NCBI RefSeq assembly: GCF_054482595.1
Contig: NZ_CM137008.1
Direction: 5' to 3' (one strand)
DNA length: 64,000 nucleotides
Within the stretch, counting starts at the first letter, position 1; every line of letters starts with the position of its first letter. Both the position numbers and the translations under genes were made by a program. The notes under the pieces were generated by a model. The model had not been told where the DNA came from and did no database searches. It saw only the letters and a program-made list of their open reading frames with translations. Below, one piece after another: positions 34,670-42,797 of this stretch.

Positions 34670-35428
34670 ATGGATGCACTACAAACACAAACTGTTATTA
34701 GTACAACCGCGCCGCAGCCCAACTACATTCCGGGGCTGATTGCGGTGGTCGGGTGTGATGGCACCGGTAAATCCACGCTGACCACCGACCTGGTGAAATC
34801 GCTGCAACAACACTGGCAAACCGAGCGCCGCTATTTGGGGCTGCTCTCCGGCGAAGACGGCGACAAAATCAAACGATTGCCGTTGGTTGGCGTCTGGCTG
34901 GAACGGCGACTGGCGGCCAAATCCTCGAAAACCCAAAGCATGAAAACCAAATCTCCGGCGCTATGGGCGGCGGTGATTATGTACTGCTTCTCGCTGCGAA
35001 GAATGGCGAATCTACGCAAGGTTCAGCGACTGGCGCAAAGTGGCGTTCTGGTGGTCAGCGATCGCTTCCCGCAGGCTGAAATTTCGGGCTTTTATTATGA
35101 CGGACCGGGGATCGGCGTCGAACGTGCGACCGGGAAAATAAGCATGTTTCTGGCGCAGCGCGAACGGCGTTTATACCAACAAATGGCGCAATATCGCCCG
35201 GAATTAATTATTCGCCTGGGCATTGATATTGAGACTGCCATCTCCCGCAAGCCTGACCATGACTATGCCGAGCTGCAGGACAAAATCAGTGTTATGTCGA
35301 CGATTGGCTATAACGGCACAAAAATTCTTGAGATTGATTCCAGAGCGCCCTACAGCGAAGTGCTGGAACAGGCACAGAAGGCGGTTTCTCTGGTTGCCAT
35401 CGTTTCTGACCGCCGAAGTTTAACTTAA
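34670..35428 (+). CDS. yghR: P-loop NTPase, thymidylate-kinase-like fold, function unknown
   Basis: 252 aa; Walker A GCDGTGKST, VSDRFP, SRKPDHD. Confidence 0.8.
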   Translation: MDALQTQTVISTTAPQPNYIPGLIAVVGCDGTGKSTLTTDLVKSLQQHWQTERRYLGLLSGEDGDKIKRLPLVGVWLERRLAAKSSKTQSMKTKSPALWAAVIMYCFSLRRMANLRKVQRLAQSGVLVVSDRFPQAEISGFYYDGPGIGVERATGKISMFLAQRERRLYQQMAQYRPELIIRLGIDIETAISRKPDHDYAELQDKISVMSTIGYNGTKILEIDSRAPYSEVLEQAQKAVSLVAIVSDRRSLT

Positions 35429-35473
35429 GGCTGGCGGGATACTTTTTACTATCAACGATAAGGTCAGGCTGAA

Positions 35474-36823
35474 TTGGCGGGTTTTAACATCAAACATTGG
35501 TTTGCAGATGGCGCGTTTCGCACCATTATTCGCAATAGCGCCTGGTTAGGCTCCAGTAATGTCGTGAGCGCTTTGCTGGGGCTGTTGGCGCTCTCGTGTG
35601 CCGGTAAAGGGATGACGCCCGCCATGTTTGGCGTACTGGTGATTGTGCAATCGTACGCCAAGTCGATCAGCGATTTTATTAAGTTTCAGACATGGCAGCT
35701 GGTGGTTCAGTACGGAACGCCAGCCTTGACCAACAATAATCTGCAGCAATTTCGCAATGTCGTCTCATTTTCCTTCTCGCTGGATATCGTCAGCGGCGCG
35801 GTGGCGATTGTCGGCGGCATTGCCTTACTGCCATTCCTTTCCCATTCATTAGGTCTGGATGACCAAAGCTTTTGGCTGGCGGCGCTGTATTGCACGCTCA
35901 TTCCTTCAATGGCTTCCTCCACGCCGACCGGCATTCTGCGTGCGGTAGATCGCTTTGATTTGATTGCTGTACAGCAGGCGACGAAACCTTTTCTGCGCGC
36001 AGCGGGGAGCGTCGCAGCCTGGTATTTTGACTTTGGTTTTGAGGGTTTTGTTATTGCCTGGTACGTGTCGAATCTGGTTGGCGGCACCATGTACTGGTGG
36101 TTTGCCGCGCGCGAATTACGCCGCAGAAATATCCATAACGCCTTCAAATTGAATCTGTTTGAGTCTGCCCGACACATTAAAGGCGCGTGGAGTTTTGTCT
36201 GGTCAACCAACATTGCCCACTCCATCTGGTCGGCGCGTAACTCGTGCAGCACAGTGTTGGTGGGGATCGTGTTAGGACCCGCTGCCGCCGGGTTATTTAA
36301 AATCGCCATGACATTCTTCGACGCCGCCGGAACGCCAGCGGGTTTGCTGGGTAAAAGTTTTTACCCAGAGGTGATGCGTTTAGATCCGCGCACCACCAGA
36401 CCGTGGTTGTTAGGCGTGAAGTCCGGTTTACTGGCGGTCGGAATCGGTATTCTGGTGGCGCTCGCGGTGTTGATCGTCGGCAAGCCGCTCATTTCGCTGG
36501 TGTTTGGCGTTAAGTATCTCGAAGCGTATGACCTGATTCAGGTGATGCTGGGCGCAATTGTGATCTCGATGCTGGGCTTCCCTCAGGAGTCATTGCTATT
36601 GATGGCGGGAAAACAGCGCGCTTTTCTCGTGGCGCAAACCATCGCCTCAATCGGCTACATCGTATTGCTGTTCATGTTCTGTCATCTGTTTGGCGTGCTG
36701 GGAGCAGCGTTTGCTTACTTCGGTGGGCAATGTCTGGACGTGGCGCTCTCGTTAATTCCAACCTTAAAGGCATTTTTTCAGCGCCATTCCTTGCTTTATA
36801 ACGCAGCCGGAGAGAAATCCTGA
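35474..36823 (+). CDS. yghQ: MOP/Wzx-like polysaccharide or lipid flippase family inner membrane protein; start codon uncertain (ORF track begins at a TTG, first in-frame ATG is 46 codons in)
   Basis: 449 aa polytopic membrane protein; 45 bp after yghR; stop overlaps the start of the next ORF (TGATG). Confidence 0.75.
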   Translation: MAGFNIKHWFADGAFRTIIRNSAWLGSSNVVSALLGLLALSCAGKGMTPAMFGVLVIVQSYAKSISDFIKFQTWQLVVQYGTPALTNNNLQQFRNVVSFSFSLDIVSGAVAIVGGIALLPFLSHSLGLDDQSFWLAALYCTLIPSMASSTPTGILRAVDRFDLIAVQQATKPFLRAAGSVAAWYFDFGFEGFVIAWYVSNLVGGTMYWWFAARELRRRNIHNAFKLNLFESARHIKGAWSFVWSTNIAHSIWSARNSCSTVLVGIVLGPAAAGLFKIAMTFFDAAGTPAGLLGKSFYPEVMRLDPRTTRPWLLGVKSGLLAVGIGILVALAVLIVGKPLISLVFGVKYLEAYDLIQVMLGAIVISMLGFPQESLLLMAGKQRAFLVAQTIASIGYIVLLFMFCHLFGVLGAAFAYFGGQCLDVALSLIPTLKAFFQRHSLLYNAAGEKS

Positions 36824-37647
36824 TGATGAGAAAATATTTCCCGCTTGAGGCGAGCGAGCATCTATTTGTTGCGATTGAGGAAGATGATGTTGTTGATGCC
36901 CAGGTCAGTTTGCCGCCGACTATCGCACTAAGTTGTACCACCGAAATCATCCATGATAATTACGCGTTATGCCTGCAATTCTGGCTCAATGGCGTTGATC
37001 GTCAGGAATTACTTCGTTTAATTCGCAAACAAGCCAAAGGCGATGAGCTGACGACAGACGAGCGTAAACAGTTTAAATACATGCGAGCGCGCTACAAGCA
37101 CCTGCGTTTTGCGCAACGGCTGTATTTAAAGAAGCATCAGGCCGGATTTTTATTCGGCAAAACGACCGTTTTTCTGGGACGTTTTCAGGACGGATTTCGT
37201 AACGGTAAGAAAAATATTGTGTCGTATTACGGCAACCTGTTACGAATTTATTTAAGCTCTCCGGTCTGGTCGTTGGTGAACTATTCATTACGCCATAGCC
37301 AGTTAGAAAGCGTAAGCGGTTTTATTGCCTATCGGCAAAAGCAAATGCATGCCCTGAAAGAGATAATTGCCAAACCGCGACTAACCGGCAGGGAATTTCA
37401 TGATGTGCGAAAAATCATCAGCCAGCAGGTTTCTTATTACGACACCTTAAGATCGCTTGATCCTGAAAATAAAGAGGCGTTACAGATTTCCCGTTTCCTC
37501 GCCGCCATTAATGGCCTGATGGGGGATAAACACGACGACATGGTGGCGGATGATATGGAAAACCGCCAGTCGTATGATGCACCGGTGGCGCTGGATAGCG
37601 ATATTCGCCAGCGCTTAGAGCTGCTGATTTCGCGTTTTCCGCTATAA
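36823..37647 (+). CDS. Hypothetical soluble protein, function unknown
   Basis: 274 aa ORF, no predicted TM segment or signal peptide, start overlaps the yghQ stop; no family recognised from sequence alone. Confidence 0.6.
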   Translation: MMRKYFPLEASEHLFVAIEEDDVVDAQVSLPPTIALSCTTEIIHDNYALCLQFWLNGVDRQELLRLIRKQAKGDELTTDERKQFKYMRARYKHLRFAQRLYLKKHQAGFLFGKTTVFLGRFQDGFRNGKKNIVSYYGNLLRIYLSSPVWSLVNYSLRHSQLESVSGFIAYRQKQMHALKEIIAKPRLTGREFHDVRKIISQQVSYYDTLRSLDPENKEALQISRFLAAINGLMGDKHDDMVADDMENRQSYDAPVALDSDIRQRLELLISRFPL

Positions 37648-37655
37648 CCGGAGCA

Positions 37656-38219
37656 ATGATGTCATCTCGTTTGATTATTGCGCTGATTATCATGCTCTTA
37701 GCCCCGGGTGTGCAGGCACACAATTTCGTCACTGGCAAAACGGTTACCCCTGTTTATATTCAGGAAGGCGGCGAGCTGCTTCTGAATAGCGACGACGAAA
37801 TTCACTACCAAAAGTGGAACAGCACACAATTGGCGGGAAAAGTCCGAATTATCCAGTATATCGCCGGGCGTAAGTCGGCGAAGAAAAAGAACTCACTGTT
37901 AATTAAAGCGGTTGAAGCGGCAAACTTTCCGCAGGATCGTTTTCAGCCCACCACCATTGTGAACACTGATGATGCCATCTTTGGTACTGGCTATTTTGTC
38001 GTTGGCAAAATCGAAAAAAATAAACGGCGCTATCCGTGGGCGCAATTCGTTATTGACGGCAATGGACAGGGACGCGTTGCCTGGCGCTTGCCGGAGCAGA
38101 GTTCAACCATTCTGGTGCTGAATAAAGCTGGGCAAATTCAGTGGGCAAAGGACGGCAGCCTGACGCCGGAAGAGGTAGATCAGGTCATTGCGCTGGCGCA
38201 GAAACTGATCAATGAATAA
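37656..38219 (+). CDS. Secreted/periplasmic protein (possibly YtfJ-family-like)
   Basis: 187 aa; cleavable signal peptide MMSSRLIIALIIMLLAPGVQA; Shine-Dalgarno ccggag upstream; family assignment by recollection only. Confidence 0.6.
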   Translation: MMSSRLIIALIIMLLAPGVQAHNFVTGKTVTPVYIQEGGELLLNSDDEIHYQKWNSTQLAGKVRIIQYIAGRKSAKKKNSLLIKAVEAANFPQDRFQPTTIVNTDDAIFGTGYFVVGKIEKNKRRYPWAQFVIDGNGQGRVAWRLPEQSSTILVLNKAGQIQWAKDGSLTPEEVDQVIALAQKLINE

Positions 38220-38249
38220 AAAACTCAAAGGATTGAGGGCGTTAGTGAG

Positions 38250-39320
38250 ATGAAGCTGGTTGAACACTACATCATGCGTGGTACGCGCCGTCTGGTGCTG
38301 ATTATCGTCGGTTTTCTGATCTTTATTTTCGCCAGCTACTCCGCACAGCGTTATCTGACCGAAGCGGCAAATGGGACATTAGCACTTGATGTTGTGCTGG
38401 ATATCGTTTTCTACAAAGTGCTGATTGCACTGGAGATGTTGTTACCTGTTGGACTGTATGTGTCAGTTGGCGTGACGCTAGGGCAGATGTATACCGACTC
38501 GGAAATTACCGCTATCTCTGCGGCGGGGGGCAGTCCGGGACGCTTGTACAAAGCCGTTCTTTATCTGGCGATACCGCTAAGTATTTTTGTCACCCTTCTG
38601 TCGATGTATGGTCGTCCGTGGGCTTATGCGCAGATTTATCAACTGGAGCAGCAGTCGCAGTCGGAGCTGGATGTTCGCCAGTTGCGGGCAAAGAAATTTA
38701 ACACTAACGATAACGGACGAATGATCCTTTCGCAGACGGTTGATCAGGATAATAATCGCCTGACTGACGCGCTGATTTATACTTCTACTGCCAATCGAAC
38801 CCGCATTTTCCGCGCCCGTTCGGTTGATGTGGTTGACCCATCACCCGAGAAACCGACCGTTATGTTGCACAACGGCACTGCCTATCTTCTCGATCATCAG
38901 GGTCGTGACGACAACGAACAGATCTACCGTAATCTGCAATTACATCTGAATCCGCTGGATCAAAGCCCTAACGTCAAACGCAAAGCAAAATCGGTCACGG
39001 AGCTGGCGCGCTCCGCCTTTCCTGCCGATCATGCCGAACTGCAATGGCGACAAAGCCGTGGCCTGACCGCATTGTTGATGGCGCTGCTGGCCATTTCATT
39101 AAGTCGGGTAAAACCGCGGCAGGGGCGATTTTCAACGTTATTGCCACTGACGTTGCTGTTTATTGCCATTTTTTATGGCGGCGACGTCTGCCGTACGCTG
39201 GTGGCTAACGGCGCGATTCCTCTCATTCCTGGTTTGTGGTTAGTGCCCGGACTCATGCTAATGGGCCTGCTGATGCTGGTTGCACGCGACTTCACTTTGC
39301 TGCAGAAATTTTCCCGATGA
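38250..39320 (+). CDS. LptF-like permease (YjgP/YjgQ family)
   Basis: 356 aa; N-terminal TM bundle, large periplasmic domain, C-terminal TMs; conserved RxGRxS-type segment (RVKPRQGRFSTLLP) typical of LptF/LptG. Confidence 0.7.
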   Translation: MKLVEHYIMRGTRRLVLIIVGFLIFIFASYSAQRYLTEAANGTLALDVVLDIVFYKVLIALEMLLPVGLYVSVGVTLGQMYTDSEITAISAAGGSPGRLYKAVLYLAIPLSIFVTLLSMYGRPWAYAQIYQLEQQSQSELDVRQLRAKKFNTNDNGRMILSQTVDQDNNRLTDALIYTSTANRTRIFRARSVDVVDPSPEKPTVMLHNGTAYLLDHQGRDDNEQIYRNLQLHLNPLDQSPNVKRKAKSVTELARSAFPADHAELQWRQSRGLTALLMALLAISLSRVKPRQGRFSTLLPLTLLFIAIFYGGDVCRTLVANGAIPLIPGLWLVPGLMLMGLLMLVARDFTLLQKFSR

Positions 39321-40396
39321 ATGTTTTCAGTCGCTATTTAATCCGTCATCTCTTTCTCGGTTTTGCCGCCGCCGCAGGGTTATTGCTGCCGCTTTTTACT
39401 ACCTTCAACCTGATTAACGAACTGGATGATGTCAGCCCGGGCGGTTATCGCTGGACTCAGGCGGTGCTGGTGGTGCTGATGACCTTACCGCGTACACTGG
39501 TCGAACTTTCGCCGTTTATCGCCTTATTGGGAGGGATTGTTGGCCTGGGGCAGTTATCGAAAAACAGTGAGCTTACCGCCATTCGCAGCACGGGGTTTTC
39601 TATCTTCCGTATTGCACTGGTGGCGCTGGTTGCCGGGATATTGTGGACTGTTTCGTTAGGCGCGATAGATGAGTGGGTGGCGTCGCCATTGCAGCAACAG
39701 GCGCTGCAAATCAAATCGACCGCCACCGCGTTAGGGGAGGACGATGACATTACCGGCAATATGCTGTGGGCCAGGCGCGGCAATGAATTTGTGACGGTGA
39801 AATCGCTGAATGAACAGGGCCAGCCGGTGGGCGTGGAGATTTTTCATTATCGTGACGATCTCTCGCTCGAATCCTACATTTATGCACGCAGTGCCACCAT
39901 TGAAGACGACAAAACGTGGATCCTGCATGGTGTGAATCATAAAAAATGGCTGAATGGCAAAGAAACGCTGGAAACATTAGATAATCTTGCCTGGCAATCG
40001 GCCTTCACCAGTATGGATCTTGAAGAGTTATCAATGCCGGGCAATACTTTTTCTGTCCGTCAGCTTAATCATTACATCCATTATTTGCAGGAAACCGGGC
40101 AACCCAGCAGCGAATACCGCCTTGCACTGTGGGAAAAACTGGGGCAACCCATCCTGACCCTGGCGATGATTTTGCTGGCTGTGCCGTTTACCTTTAGCGC
40201 CCCGCGCTCGCCAGGGATGGGTAGCCGTCTCGCTGTAGGCGTCATCGTTGGCTTACTCACCTGGATCAGCTATCAAATCATGGTCAATCTGGGTTTGCTA
40301 TTTGCGTTGAGCGCACCTGTTTTCGCGCTCGGTTTACCGGTAGCGTTTGTGTTGATGGCGTTGAGCCTGGTGTATTGGTATGACAGACAATATTAA
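39317..40396 (+). CDS. LptG-like permease (YjgP/YjgQ family); ORF track start at 39236 is over-extended, with the likely start at the ATG overlapping the upstream stop (ATGA)
   Basis: Translation from MNVFSRYLIRHLFLGF; same architecture as LptG, including a NHYIHYLQETGQ segment comparable to the LptG region around YVKYLKSSGQ. Confidence 0.7.
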   Translation: MNVFSRYLIRHLFLGFAAAAGLLLPLFTTFNLINELDDVSPGGYRWTQAVLVVLMTLPRTLVELSPFIALLGGIVGLGQLSKNSELTAIRSTGFSIFRIALVALVAGILWTVSLGAIDEWVASPLQQQALQIKSTATALGEDDDITGNMLWARRGNEFVTVKSLNEQGQPVGVEIFHYRDDLSLESYIYARSATIEDDKTWILHGVNHKKWLNGKETLETLDNLAWQSAFTSMDLEELSMPGNTFSVRQLNHYIHYLQETGQPSSEYRLALWEKLGQPILTLAMILLAVPFTFSAPRSPGMGSRLAVGVIVGLLTWISYQIMVNLGLLFALSAPVFALGLPVAFVLMALSLVYWYDRQY

Positions 40397-40430
40397 ACCC
40401 GCCGTGGCGCAACACCACAGCGGGCTCACA

Positions 40431-41603
40431 TTACTGCTTCAGAGTAGCAAATGCTTGAATGATGGCATCGATTTGCTCACGACTGTGGGCAGCGTTTACG
40501 CTACAGCGCAGCAGCGTGATGCCTGCAGGCGCGGCAGGTGGCAGGATAAGATTCACATAAACGCCCAGCGAAATAAGCTCGCGCCAGATGCGTAAACCGT
40601 CCTCTTTCGAACCGATTATTACCGGCACTACCGGGCTAATATGTGAACTTAACTCATAACCCAGTTTTTGCAGACCGTCATACAGATGGTTGGCATTATC
40701 CATCAGCTTTTGCCGCAGCTCTGGTTGTGTGGCAATAGTTCTTAACGACGAGCGCACGGTCGCAATGCAGGACGGAGAAGGAGAGGCGGTAAAAATATAC
40801 GGGCGGCTGCCGTAGCGCAGCACTTCCATCGCTTCCGAACCGACAGCAAAACCGCCAATCGAGGCCAGACTTTTACTGAAGGTGCCAACGATAATATCCA
40901 CATCATCTTCAACGCCAACGGCTTCAGCCAGTCCGCGCCCCGTTGCGCCTAACACGCCAAACGAATGCGCTTCATCGACAATCAAATAACCACCGAGACG
41001 ACGTTTGATATCAACAATTTCCGCCAGCGGCGCAACGTCACCGAGCATGCTGTAGATACCCTCAACGATGATAATCGCCTCTTTCGCCCGTTCACCGAGG
41101 CGAACCATGCGCCGTTCCAGATCTTTAGCATCGTTATGGCGGAAACGAATAATTTCCGCGCCACCGAGAGAACAGGCGTCATAAATACTGGCGTGGCTGT
41201 CGGCATCCAGTAACACCACGGCGTTATGGTCGGCAAGTGCGCTGATGACGCCTAAATTAGCGGTATAACCGGTTGAAAAAACGATAGCGGTAGGGCGATT
41301 GAAAAACTCGGCAATCTCTTTCTCTAACGCCAGGTGCGGCGCATAACTGCCGTTTGCCATACGAGAACCGGTGGTGCCGGTGCCTTGGGCCGCTAACGCT
41401 GCCTGACCTTCGGCGATGGCATCATGATTAAAGGTTAAACCGAGGTAATTATTGGTCCCGGCCAGAATCACTTTTTTATTGCCGATCCGGCCTTCGGTGG
41501 CGGAATACACTTCATCAATACAGGTGCCAAACGGTGTTAACCCGTTGTCACTAAATTGCAGTCGCTCGCCAGCAAGGCGCGCATATTTATCGTATAGCCC
41601 CAT
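40431..41603 (-). CDS. Alpha-oxoamine synthase (PLP-dependent), serine-palmitoyltransferase-like
   Basis: 390 aa; PLP-lysine motif GTFSKS, RPYIFTAS, GVYVN, PPAAPAG, LLRCS motifs resembling bacterial SPT more than BioF. Confidence 0.8.
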   Translation of the reverse strand: MGLYDKYARLAGERLQFSDNGLTPFGTCIDEVYSATEGRIGNKKVILAGTNNYLGLTFNHDAIAEGQAALAAQGTGTTGSRMANGSYAPHLALEKEIAEFFNRPTAIVFSTGYTANLGVISALADHNAVVLLDADSHASIYDACSLGGAEIIRFRHNDAKDLERRMVRLGERAKEAIIIVEGIYSMLGDVAPLAEIVDIKRRLGGYLIVDEAHSFGVLGATGRGLAEAVGVEDDVDIIVGTFSKSLASIGGFAVGSEAMEVLRYGSRPYIFTASPSPSCIATVRSSLRTIATQPELRQKLMDNANHLYDGLQKLGYELSSHISPVVPVIIGSKEDGLRIWRELISLGVYVNLILPPAAPAGITLLRCSVNAAHSREQIDAIIQAFATLKQ

Positions 41604-41851
41604 TATTTATTCTCCAGCCATGGAAGTAGAGTTTCCATTAATTGCGCAGGGGTTTTGACATCCAGCAGAATATTAATAGGAATGGAAATATCGAATCTGT
41701 CTTCCAGCATCATTAAGAGATCCATCACTTTGATCGACTCCAGGCCAAGATCGTTGACGAGATCGCTGTCGGGCTTAATTTCCACACCGTTTTCGACCAA
41801 ATCCTGTAAACAGGAAAGGATGTAATCCATTACTATTTCACGATTTACCAT
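41603..41851 (-). CDS. Dedicated acyl carrier protein
   Basis: 82 aa acidic protein with phosphopantetheine-attachment-like motif DLGLESIKVMDL; 1-nt overlap with the downstream synthase. Confidence 0.75.
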   Translation of the reverse strand: MVNREIVMDYILSCLQDLVENGVEIKPDSDLVNDLGLESIKVMDLLMMLEDRFDISIPINILLDVKTPAQLMETLLPWLENK

Positions 41852-41882
41852 AGAAACGTTAACACACCTTTAAACAAGACAA

Positions 41883-42797
41883 TCAAAATAGCCCGTTGCG
41901 TAATGCGTGTTCCAGGCTAATCCCGGGAAACCAATTAATATCTTCAGAAATACGGTTATTACTTGCCGACCAGTCAACATGGGTTAATTCACCCAATTTC
42001 GAGCGGGTCAGCATGGGTTCTTTACCTGCCAGGCGACTCAATGCGGTACTGATATCCGCAAGGCAGGTGAGTACCGGCAGAGGAATACCAACCATTCGCA
42101 CGGAACCACAACGGGCGTCGGCGGCAAGCTGTCGTACGCGCTGCCAGTCATAGCCGCCGGGGACGCCATCGCATAATTCATAGGTTTGCGTCTGTACAGT
42201 TTCGGCGCTTAACCACTGACCCACTGCTTGCGCAAAATCGGTGACGTGCAGGAAAGAGAGTTGTGTATCTGGCGCACCAAGTCGTGGCAGCAGGCCGCGC
42301 AGCATCCAGTCAAACAGCGGTTTTAACTCTTTATCGCCGGGACCATACACGGCTGTCGGGCGAAAAACGCCCAGCGTAATTTTGTCAGCCATTGCAGTCA
42401 GCCGTTGTTCGGCGACGTATTTGGAATTTGCGTACCAGGAGAGTTCGGGATGGCGCGCCGCCAGCGAAGAGATAAACAGAAAACGTTGGCAAAAGCCGCT
42501 CTCTTTTGCTGCTTGCATCAGGCGCAGGCTGCCGTCAACGTTACAGTGGGTAAAAATCTCTTCTTTGTGTCCGCGCACTTGCCCGGCGCAATGGACCACC
42601 GCGCTGGCTCCGGCAACCAGTTCGCTAAGCGAATGTGTATCTTCCAGCGAACCGCGCACCCAAGTAAGATTATCATTGACGTGAGCGCGGGCAGTACGCG
42701 TCAATGCGCGAACGTGAAAGCCGCGGGCGAGCAGGTTATCGATAATATATTTACCGATAAACCCGGTAGCGCCCGTCACCGCGACAGTTTGATTCAT
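41883..42797 (-). CDS. NAD(P)-dependent epimerase/dehydratase-family reductase
   Basis: 304 aa; Rossmann motif VTGATGFIG at the N-terminus. Confidence 0.75.
   Translation of the reverse strand: MNQTVAVTGATGFIGKYIIDNLLARGFHVRALTRTARAHVNDNLTWVRGSLEDTHSLSELVAGASAVVHCAGQVRGHKEEIFTHCNVDGSLRLMQAAKESGFCQRFLFISSLAARHPELSWYANSKYVAEQRLTAMADKITLGVFRPTAVYGPGDKELKPLFDWMLRGLLPRLGAPDTQLSFLHVTDFAQAVGQWLSAETVQTQTYELCDGVPGGYDWQRVRQLAADARCGSVRMVGIPLPVLTCLADISTALSRLAGKEPMLTRSKLGELTHVDWSASNNRISEDINWFPGISLEHALRNGLF

Noticed and set aside
35707-36309. 200-aa minus-strand ORF inside yghQ
   Set aside because: Antisense to a polytopic membrane protein gene; no start context.
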